DNA of 64,000 bases from NCBI GenBank assembly GCA_904063045.1, contig CAJFCJ010000015.1, positions 868,001-932,000 on the forward strand, in the 5' to 3' direction. The position numbers were made by a program, and so were the translations under genes. Each line of letters begins with the position of its first letter. Within the stretch, counting starts at the first letter, position 1. The notes beneath the pieces were generated by a model. That model was not told the DNA's origin. It saw only the letters and a program-made list of their open reading frames with translations, and searched no databases. This DNA comes from Dimorphilus gyrociliatus. Lineage: Eukaryota > Animalia > Annelida. Below are positions 27,101-38,700 of this stretch, one piece after another.

Positions 27101-30100
27101 GATAGGCGGGTGAATTTTTCAAATTAAGAACAATTAATTTAGACTGATCATAAGACAACGAAGGTTTGAAATTTGGAAGATTTAGACGGTATACTAGTAA
27201 ATCACATAATTTGACATCACTTGATGAATTGAAATAGATTACAATATAGGAGGCAACCAATCCAGGGCATGAAATGAATTCGTTAAAGCTTCTATTAGGT
27301 ACAGTTTTAAATTTATTACACTCCTTATTAGTTTTTGAATATTGATAACGATCTTTGCCATTTAGATTAAAAGCTCCTTTTACGATTATCCATGTTGTTT
27401 CATTAGTAAAACCCCGAATAGATATTTTATCAATTGTGATATTCTTTCTTAAATAAATAGCTAACCAACGATGATATTTTACTTTAGATTTATTAAAATT
27501 AACACAACTTCTTTCATCGTCATCGACCGCTAATTGACCATTATTCACCAATGGATAGCTAAGTACCGGTTTAAATTTTGCAACATTATCTTTAATTGCG
27601 AATCTTTTGATTCTTAATTCTATATAGGATGTAATAATCTATTTAATAAGAATCTGTTTTTTGCCTTAAAACTTATAGAAGTTAACCTGATTCTGGTCCG
27701 TAAACCCAAACTTCACACATAGACAAAATAAACTTAGGTTGGTAGATGGTGATATAACGACCTTTTCTCGCTCTAATGCATAAAAAATTTATCTTTGGAC
27801 CAGTAATTATGTATTTAAAATGGCATATATTATCCTCCTTTCGTATTTCTAGTGTAACATTTTTCGGAAACTGTTAGATAAAGCTTAGTGTAAAGGTTTG
27901 TTTGACCATTTGTTTGTTTTTGTCTTATCATAGAATATAAACAAACTTTTACCTTGAGTAGTAAAGATAATATAATCATGTTGTTTTCTATTTTTCTATT
28001 ATTTTTTATATCTGCGTTAAAAAGTATTACTATTCTTCTAACAAGATATATATTTCTCATATCGGCCATCCACCAATAGGGTGTGCTTAGTTTAGAGTAC
28101 AAACAAGTGGCAGTGTTTCCATCTAATGCCAAACCACCTTCGTCATAGTTCGATATTACATTTTGTACAGCCCATTTCTTATATAACAAATTTAGCTGAT
28201 TTGTACCAAATATTTGAACTTTACACAGACTAAAAGGTCCTTCGCGAGCGGAAATTCGCAAGATGGAACCATCGACTGGTTGTAGACAATTTTTACTAAC
28301 TGTAATTGTTTCATTGCTTAAGGAATTATTTGTATGAAACACTACGCATAATTTTGGCTGTTCATTTGGATTAAATAGTTCAATTTCGAATTCAGAACTT
28401 TCGGCTATAAAAATATACATGGAATAGAGTTAAAAGAATAAAATAATAATCTCACATCGGTAAGCAACAGTGACTTTATGGACCGTGTGACGTTTGTTTA
28501 AAAGGATCGAAATCCATAAATTTTTTCCAGACGAACGAGCAAAGCAAGAGAATCCATTACTTTCGACTAAATTCTGAGCAATCTTTTGCGGTAAAAAATT
28601 AGAAGTTACCCTTTGGTCTTGTGCTAGATTTGTTGGTTGGACCGAAAATTCTGATAATTCTCTCTCAATTTCATTGTTAGAAGGAGATATTTGCATGTTA
28701 TTATCTTCTTCGTCTTCCCCGAATACGTAAATTTCGCAGATTCTAAGTGATTGACCAATACCATCAATAAAAACAAAACGGCCTGAAATAGGCCTTAAGC
28801 ATTTTCCTCTTCCCTCACTTTCATTTAACTTTCGACTAACGTAGCATATTTTAAGCTAGTTGTATTCGAACAAACACTAAAGCGATCCTAATGTAAGTGA
28901 ATAATTTACATACCATTAATCCAGGATCAGCTAAGAGATAGGGAAGTTTGTCAATCAAGCCCACCCTGTAATGAGATTGGCCGTTTTCTCCCTGATAAAC
29001 AAGGATAGATCGAACTGATCTGTTACTTTGCAAATCAGATGCCCACCAAACTTCATAGTCCATTAAACCTAATTTGAAAGACGTCACAGAACACGTCGAT
29101 CTAGAACCATCTATTGCTTTTTCGCTACTATGATCCTGCTCTACTGAACTCTGCCAAGTTTTAGTTTTATAAACCATATTTTTTGGGCCAGTTCCGAATA
29201 TTCGAATTTCGCAAAGGTTTAATTCTTGCTTATCGGTGACTATTGCAAGTATAGTACCTTCAAGAGGTTCAGGACTACAATTTCTATGCACAAACTCCTG
29301 TCTCACTCGTATGGTAAAACATTCTTTTGCATCTACATTAAAGTCGATTTGCTTACCAGGATCATTTTTGGCAACAAGAACTCTCGCAATTGGCAAAGCA
29401 TACTTATCTGTTATTAAGTGAGAAAATTTGTTAAAAGTACCCTTATACTAATTTGCTGTATGAAACTAACTCGTATTATTCAATAGTACACTAAATATTA
29501 ATTGATTTCTAGAGAATTCAATCGACCACCACAATTTCTTTTCAATGGTGCTGGCAATAAAGCAGGTGGAGAAACTATCATCTATAGCTGTCTTGGGATC
29601 TATATCATTTCTTTTTAGTGAACTATTAACGGAAGAACCAAAAATTACTAAATCAATAGGATCAAGTAATTCCACATTATCTAATGATCTATTTGATGAA
29701 TTAATCGATCTTCTAGTAACTATTTTTAGAATTATCTGATAAAGTAGGTCATAAATTATATATTTTATCTATTACGTAAATGCTCTTCCGAATGTGCTTG
29801 TATTTCACATATTTCTTTATTATATGCGCTGTTAAATTTAATAAGTAACCAATAGCCATGCAGCGTAAACTCACAAGTTATATTTGTTAAAACGAAATTA
29901 TTAGAGTCCACTAAAACATTTATAGAGTGAGGTATGCATTTTGTTTGAGTTCTTAAATTAGTTTCATTAAGGCTTATTGGAAGATCAGAGAACGTGCTGA
30001 GGCGGATATCCTCTTCTTTCTCTGAAAGAATACTTGGAATAGAGAAACATTCCCATACTAGTAATTTATCATTTTAAAAATATTATACATTACTTGTTAA

Positions 30101-33100
30101 TAAAGATCTAGTAACGAACAATATAGTTTTAACAGGTAGACCGCGCTCCAAGTTGATTAAATATCTCATTGAATTCGTTAATAAACACGTATCATAATTT
30201 CCATCTGTTAAATGAGTAACTAATCTCATTTCGTCCATATCAATGAGTCTCTCTCCGAATAATACATTTCTTTCTATGTTCGTTCTATTTAAATCCTCTG
30301 GTATATTATCTATTTCGAAAGCATTCACTTCGCATAATTCAAGTTGAGTATTTGTAGTTGTAACAATCAAATATCGACCCTTTACTGCATCATTAGTACA
30401 AATTTGGTCAACAGTTTTTAAAGCTTGTAGATTGTGTTTGACGTAACATTGAATTATATCTTTAAAACGTGGCCACATATTATTCGTCGGTGGATTTAAT
30501 TCGCTTAGTCCTACCATTATGCTAAGAGAAAATCCCTGCTCTTTAAAAGTTATATCATATAAAGTCATTCATATATTTGTTAAAAAAAATAGTGAGATAT
30601 GTTACCGCTTCTTAACTCTATTCGTTTAATACTAGCTATCCTTCCAATATCTACAAACCACCAAGCTCCTGTTTTTCTTGAAGAGCTAATATCATATTCA
30701 GTTACACTACAAGTATTTAAAAAACCGTCAATTGCCAAGCCAGCATTTTGACCATCAACTGTACTAGACTGGAATGCATCATGACCTAGTAACAAATTCA
30801 AGGATAATGTCCCTCTCCTATATCCTGTTTAAATATTATCTTTTCACTAAACCTAAGTAATAGATAACATTTACTCAATATTTTTTTATACTTTGGAATA
30901 CTTTCTGAAACACTGCTACTTCACAAATAGTTAGAAAAGGAGTATGGGACAATAATACGGCATAAACGCCTGACACTGGTGTAATACAAATACCCTCTAT
31001 TTCTCTAGTATTTGATTTTCTTTCTTTATAGCAGGCGTCACCATTTAATGAAAATTTTTTATCGAGTAATGATTTAACAATGTCAGTCATAAAAGCGGAA
31101 AATTGATTACTAATAACATCTATATTTTTTATTCTTATCTGAGCAACAGTTTTTTTCTTTTGTAAATCAATAGCTATCCAGGCAAAGAGATAATCTAGAA
31201 ACTCCAGGTTTGTACAAGTAAATAGTAGATTATCTATAGCCTTCTGCGGGCCAGTGTCAGAAGACTGGTATGATACGTTTTCACCAGTAAAAATTTTTTT
31301 ACCAAAAGCAAGATTTCCTATTTGATAATATAAAAAAATTTGTAGAATTTCTGTACGGATTCATATAATATACAAACTTGATGTGTACATTTTCCCTGGG
31401 AATGAGGTGGTTGTAATATTAACAATCATCGTCTTTCTTAAGATTGTCTGCAATTTATATTTGTTAAAATTTTGTGTATCAACATCTTTGCCAAATATTT
31501 GCACTTCACAAATCATTAATTGCGTGCGAAGTGTTTTAACAACTAAATATTGAGTAATGATTGGATTATAGCATCTTTTAGAATATTTAACACCTTTCCA
31601 CAAATTAACTCTAAAGCATAGAACAGTATTATCATCCTTTTCTACATGGTTATTATTATTATTGATAGGCCATTTGGCATGCAGGAAAGCTGACATATGA
31701 GCTATTTCATTTCCTTTAACAGGAAGGTGAATAAACGTTATTTTAAAATTCTTATGAAGAGGATCACTTACGTTGACTAATTAAAACAACCTTTTCCACT
31801 ATTGTGTCGTCGTCTAGTTGTACCATCCACCATGGATAATTATAAGATTTTTCAACGTAATTTGTAAAGGTGCAAGTGTTAACTATACCATCATTGGCCA
31901 AATTTGGATCGGTTGGATTAGTTTTTGTAAAATCTTTCTGATAGGACGGCCTATTCATAGCTCTATTTATTCCTAATTCTAATAAATCTTCAGTTAGTTC
32001 GTCTAGTGAAAAATAATCAGCAATAGACGTATTATATTTAGCCTTTATTGAATTCTCTTTTTTCAAGTTTGTCTTCGAATGAATAGTCTCTCTTGAAAAT
32101 AGAATTTTATCAACAGCTTTTCCTATTGATTCTAGAAATGATTTGGCTTTCTTATCTTTTTCGAGGGAGAATGGTATTGGCTTTTCAAACATTTTGTTGT
32201 TTATCGTCATTTCACAAAGAACTAATGATGGATCGTCCGTAAAAAGGACGACGTAACGGCCCAGCGTATTTTCGCCACAGTTGAATAAGCCTGATTTAGA
32301 TTTTTCCGAAATTTGTTGACAAATTATACTATCATTTATGTCAGAAGAAAAGTTATTGAAAATGGCAACATTTACTTTAGGAACCGGATAATCTAATTTT
32401 ATAATTCGAAATATTAGTATCAGGTTATTTTGAATATTAAGGAAGGTCAACAAACCTTTTGTCACAATGGATAAAGAGGCTATATTTCTTGTGTCTGACA
32501 AATCAAAAATGACACATGGTCTACCTGATATTAAATTTTCATTAGTTTCTAGGCAATGTACAGTCCCACTTCTCCAATGCCCTTGAAGATTATTCTTTAC
32601 AATTATCTCAGTACAAGATTCCGTTTTATGTTTTAATAAGGACGATTCGATTGTCCTTTTTCTTCTCTTTCTTACATTTAATAATTTTATTGAATTGATA
32701 ACACGCATTTGAGATTGTGTGGTATTATTGAAATATAAAGTAGAATGAAACTTAAAAGGGAACCATTCTATTTTACATGGGGGTACAAATTTTCGAGGAA
32801 GAGAAGTTCTTAGAAAAAGGTATTTGCCTCTAACGCTATTAGCACAATTTACAAGCAAATATAAATCGCTATACTCTTTTACCTATTTCGGAAAGATATA
32901 AAGGATAAAAGGATACGAATCTTTTTTATATTTATACTAATTAACCTGAACGCATTTTCTAATTTCCTTTTCTCCCACCACCTTTGATCTATTACTAACA
33001 AAAATTACCAAATTTTCGATTTTACTTTTCTCTAGAATAAAATTATCAAGAAATTGATTAGAAACTCATTTTAATTCTATCAACGCTGTAATTAAATTAC

Positions 33101-34211
33101 CTTTGAAAATAATCAATAAAGAATTTATATTTTGCATGTTTTGCAAGTCAAACATATTATATGAATATTCATAGTATGTAAAATTTGAGCAGGTAATATG
33201 CAAATTAAATATTAATGGTAAAATTCTCTCTTTCAATATCTGAATTTCTTCCTCAATGGTTGCTTTATTTAAGATTGAAAGTTTTACTTTTTGTTTTGGT
33301 ATGATACAGGAAGAAAATTTAAGTGTTAGTAACTCTTTCGAAATTACACTTTTTATTTGATATTTTCTATCATAAAAGACTCTTTGTGAGGAGTTTTTCA
33401 AAGGTGACAAAAATAAAATGTCGTGTAAGACAGAATTCCTAGTTGTTAAATTTCTATGCAAGGCAAAAACCATTTTAGCATTAGGGGAATTACAGTGTCT
33501 ACATAAGGAACCAAAATTTTGCAACAGAATTGTTTGAATTATAACACCTCCTTGAAAAGGATTAATATAATTAGAAATATATATTATATAGTGTAAAAAT
33601 AGAAATAATTATATTGCTAATTTTAATTACCTTTAGTGTTCTCTCTTTCGGAAGAAAATTTAATACATGAAATTTCTAATCTACTATTTAAACTGTTGAT
33701 TATTAAATATCGACCGATATTTTTTCTCAATTTGCATTTATTTAAAGTTTTTTCATCTATATTCGATATAACGTTACAAAATTGTGTAATTGCTCTTTTA
33801 TCAATTAAATTGTCAAGATTTGATATTTTATCTTGAATGCTTAAGAGATAACTTATGTTATTCGTTTCGTTATCTACAAATTATTACAAACAAAAGGGAC
33901 GAATTACTATTTTCCTTATTTTCCTGAAATATAACAAAACTAATATTTTTTCGTGATAAATACTTACTAAAATTTTTTATATATAAGCGAATATAATTCA
34001 TTCTTGTAAATTGTTCTAAATCGAATATATACCACAAAGATTTAACAAATAAATTATCTATTTCATCATTCACGGAAAGAGAATTATTAAAGAGTAATAA
34101 TGTCAACTTATTAGTAATTTTGGAATTATTATTTTCGAATGATATTATAAACTTGAAAAAACTATTCCATAGAATAATATTACAAAAGTATAGAACGTTT
34201 TTAATATTCAT
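24198..34211 (-). CDS. Large type I membrane protein: ~12-13 degenerate F-type lectin (FTP/F5-8C-like) domains, ~14-15 EGF repeats, TM helix, Cys-rich cytoplasmic tail
   Basis: Hydrophobic start at 34211; repeated motifs such as NL...A.QSS, A.DG...TC, PWW.V.L, GRY...LCEV spread over many exons; EGF array in ORF 27551-24702; TM exon from 24606 (LMYFSFAFLILLMCIGLACCYF); last exon NIYTAPLDESTFRVR* (stop 24200-24198). Confidence 0.85.
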
Positions 34212-34613
34212 AATAATATTTCTCTATCTTCTCTAAAAAAATTAGAATATTTTTATTATTTCATAATATTTTTGAAATTTTCATTTTTCAACTAATTATT
34301 AGGATTTAAATGATTTGTAAAAACAAAAACAAAATATAATTAGAACATTTTTTATTTACCATGTCTCTTTATTCATTTCTTAACACTTTTCATTGTATTT
34401 CTTTCTAAAAAAGATATATATTTAATTGATTTTTATATAGTATTTAATTTTTATATTAGAAATAAGTTATAGTTTTTAAACTTTACCAAAAAAAGATTCT
34501 TTAATAGAATGAAGAATATTTCGCTTGGACATCGTAAATATCATTTCGACTATCTTTCGTTTTCTTGATCGAACACCACTTAACGCAATAGTAATCATAA
34601 GTTATCTTGTAAT

Positions 34614-35561
34614 ATGGACGCTTTAGATACGTTAGAGATATCTCAAACAAATCGCCAAAATAATGGCACTGTAATTTTCTTACATGGAGCAGGTTGGCAA
34701 GTTTCGATAGATGTATATTCACTCAATTAACTTTTATCATGCTTAAAAGGAGGTAGCGGAGAATCTCTAGCCGAATGGTTGGAATGGGTGATGAAGCAGA
34801 GATTTTCTTTCTCTCACTTGAAAATTATTTATCCTACTGCACCTGAAATATTGTACAAGGCAGCTGGAAATCAGTTGTGCAATATTTGGTTCGATTGGGA
34901 AAAAATTGATATAAATTTTTCTGAAAATTTGTCAAGTATCGACAAGATGTGTAAGAAAATAGATGGAATTATCGAGGATGAAGTTTCTTCTGGATTGAAT
35001 GTGGAGAATATAATAATTGGTATATTCATTTAAAAAATTTGTATATTCATATGAAATGAAAGAGTAATATGTTTTCAGGAGGCTTATCTATGGGTGGTAT
35101 AATGGCAATGCATTATTGCTTAAGACATAGATGTGACATAAAAAATATGTTCATTCTATCAACATTTCTTCCAAGAAACTCTGCAGTCTACAAGGTAAAT
35201 TTTTTTGTCAGTTTATTAATAAAAATTCTCGCATTTAATCTAATTTATACATTTCTTCAGTGTCTGGCCGATACTCCAAATGAAAAACGTCCAAGAGTAT
35301 TTCAGTGTCATGGTTCTATTGACAAGCTAGTAATTAAATTGATATAATTTAATGAATATGGTACTGATACAACTTAATATAATTAATATTATATATTTTC
35401 AGATACCTGAAGCTTGGGGTAAAGAAACGTATGAAACATTGAAATCGCTGGGTATATCTTTAACAGACTTTAACAGTTACGAAATGGGTCATGAAATGTG
35501 TTATAAAGAGCTAAAGGACTTAAAAGCTTGGATAACAGAAATTTTCCCAGAAACAAAATAG
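34614..35561 (+). CDS. LYPLAL1: Lysophospholipase-like 1 (alpha/beta hydrolase)
   Basis: VIFLHGAG, HLKIIYPTAP, WFD, GGLSMGG nucleophile elbow, FQCHGSIDKL, MGHEM; 5 exons. Confidence 0.92.
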
Positions 35562-35771
35562 GAAACATTCTTGGGGCTAATTGTAGATTATACGTCATAC
35601 TTATAGTGCACTTTTTCGTGAGACCAGTTGAAAGGTCTATTGATTTCATTCTATCATGTGATTTTAAATAATATTTTGTATCCTATTACCATTTAATTTT
35701 AATAAGTATTAGAATAATACTAAGCGAGTCACAAGTTTTAATCACATGGTGTTGACTTGCAGTAACTAAAA

Positions 35772-38700
35772 ATGAAGTTATTTTTCATTTTCTTGCTCTG
35801 CCTATCTCTCCAAGGTTTTAATACATTTATTAATCTTATCAAAAGTTACAAGTTATAGTAAAACATTGTTTCCTACTTGATATAAAGCCTCTTCTAGCTG
35901 GAAAATTGCTACCGGACTACTAGACTTACGTGACTCAGTTTTAAAGCCGAATGGAATTTTAGGGTAAATAGTAAACTTACTTCTGATAGAATATTATTTG
36001 TAAAATAATTTACTTCATTTATTTTAGTTGTTCTGTTAACTATTGTAAAAATGGTGGAACTTGTGTTCCAAGTTTATTAAGTAGTTGTATTTGCCCAAGG
36101 AATTTCAAAGGGTCTAAATGCGAAATTGAGATAAAGCGGAATGTTTCTGAATTATCTGGTAAAACAAAAATTATAATTTTCCTATCAAATCTTAATAAAA
36201 CTATTTATTTTTCAAACAGTTGGAGAATATATTGGCTGCTCTAAATATGAGCATGCTAAAAACACGCTAAAAAATATTCTAAGTTTAAGTAAACGGAAGG
36301 GAACAGCTAGTCAGTGTATTTCTCATTGTAAGAAGAGTAATTATACTCTTGCTACAGTTCATGTTAGTCTGTAATATATATATTATATAGAAATATGAAA
36401 TTGTTATTCAATAATTGTTTAGGTGGGCAAAATATACCGTATGTGCGGTTGTTCATCTAAAATGCCCAAAAAATTTAAAGGAAAATGCAACTATCAATGT
36501 CCAGGAGACAAGAGTGAGGAGTGTGGAGGAAAATCTTCATTAAGTGTATACGCCACAGGAAATATTTGTAAATTTATAAAATTTTCTCCTGAAGCTAGCA
36601 AATTAATTACAACTATGTTTTTATATAGCTAATAGCTGTCCAGATTTTACATACTGTACAAAACAATGCCTGTATGGGTATAAAGTTGATCCGTATACTG
36701 ATTGTTTTAGATGTCAATGTGAAAAAGATCCATGTAAAAATATGATTTGTCCAAGAAATCAAGTATGTAAAGCAAACCTTGATGACTGTGCATCAATTCC
36801 ATGTGGAAAAGTTTCAGCGCAATGCTATGGTTTATAATAATTAAAAGTATGATTTTATTGTTAAAATATACCCTTTATTAAACCAGCTCCCTTGTCAAGG
36901 GATAAGGATTGCCCACGTGTAAGGTGTAGATTAGTATGCATACACGGTTATTTGTCGGATGAGAAAGGCTGCGAAATTTGTTCATGCAACACAGATCCTT
37001 GTAAAGTAAGTTTGTCATATGATGTAGAAAGTTCTACAGTATATGTGTTTTTCTCAAAGGGAATCAAGTGTCCTGACCAGTATGTGTGCATCGAGGAGTC
37101 AACATTGTGTGAAGCTGGAAATCGCTTCTGTAGTCAACATAATCTTTACATCAATGCGACAAGTTTTAATGAATTTCTGCACGGTAATATAACACAAAAG
37201 GGAGGACCAGGAGCTTGGGGTAAAAATTTAAGAAATATAGACCCAGGTAAAGTTTGGGGAAAACAAAAAGGAAAGAGAAGAGGAAAGAAAGGATGGGTCA
37301 AAAACATTTTGCGAAAAACAAAAGGTGTTTGTAGAGCAACAGTCAAAAAAGGCAGCTGTCCTCTTGATTTGACATATGACTACGCAACATATCCCACTGA
37401 TATCTACGACAGCGATGGAAAAGATAGCTGGTGTGCACAGGAATGTGAATCAGATATAGATTGCTCCGGAATATTAAAATGCTGCCAAAATGAATGTGGT
37501 AGTCAGTGTGTTATACCTGATTTAGAAGGTAACTGAAATACTTTGAGATGCACTATCTAACATTAGCTGTTCTAATTCGCTTTAGATATAACATTTTGCC
37601 AGGTGCAAAGGGAAGAAGCTATCACTACAAATTCATCCTTTGTTCCGGAATGCGATGAAGAGGGAAATTTCGAGCCTGTTCAATGTCGAAAATTAGGTGT
37701 AGGAAAAAATTGGAGAGGATTTAACAAGGGGTCTGGAAAACGAGGGTATCACTGGCAAGTCTGGGGTAACCGAACAATTATATTTGGAAGAAACAAAAAT
37801 AAATCCGACGAAAGAGGACAGAGAGGTAAAGGTCGTGGAGAACGAAGAGGATGGAAAGGAAATAAAGGTAACTTTTTGAAGCATAGTGAAATATGCTGGT
37901 GTGTTGACGTAGGGACTGGAGAACAAAACAAATTCGAAATTGGCTTTAATAAAACAGCATTGAAATGTGATGGTAATGACTTTCTTTTCAGTATATTATA
38001 CTTTTATTGTCATGTGTTGTATAATTTATCCAATAGAATTACCGCTAAATGAATGTCAAGTTAAAACATGTATGATGGAGAACGGACGTGAGGAAAAAAA
38101 ATGTGAATTTGGGTTTGAAACTGATGATGTTGGATGTCCATCTTGTCTATGTAAAGAAAATCCTTGCAGCGTAAATACATGAATTTTTAATAATAGATCG
38201 TTTCTCAATGAGAGTTTTCCCTCAGAATTATCCCTGTAAAGATGGTCGCATTTGCGAGTTAGTTCGAGTCAGCTGTAATGATGCTACAGATTGTCAGCCA
38301 ATACCTGTTTGTTTTGAACCAAATTATGGCAACGTTGCTTGTCCAAAGGGTGAAGTTTATAGAGATCTTAAAAGCGCAAGAATTGTAACTTGTAACAATT
38401 ATAAGTCTGATTCTACGTGGCCAAATTCGCTTTTTGCGGGTATCTTAGGCAGGGCTGCTATTTTAAAGGATGATCCAGCTGCTACTTTTCAAAATCAGAC
38501 AAATGTTTGTCCCAAAAAATACAAATGTCTTTATGACAAGAAAACGGGGTTAGGTGTTTGTTGTCCAAACACGGGTAAAAGAGAGAATTTTATAGGAACT
38601 TATGAGTGGTACTAATTTGTAATTTCAAACCAGATAACGACGATAGGCTTTTGAAGTGTCAACAACCCAAAAAGCCTGGGAACTGTAATAATAACAACAA

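Noticed and set aside
32907-32916. GTATCCTTT on the minus strand, resembling a U12 5' splice site
   Set aside because: It lies inside the pyrimidine tract of an ordinary GTTAAT...AATAG intron whose flanking exons already join in frame.
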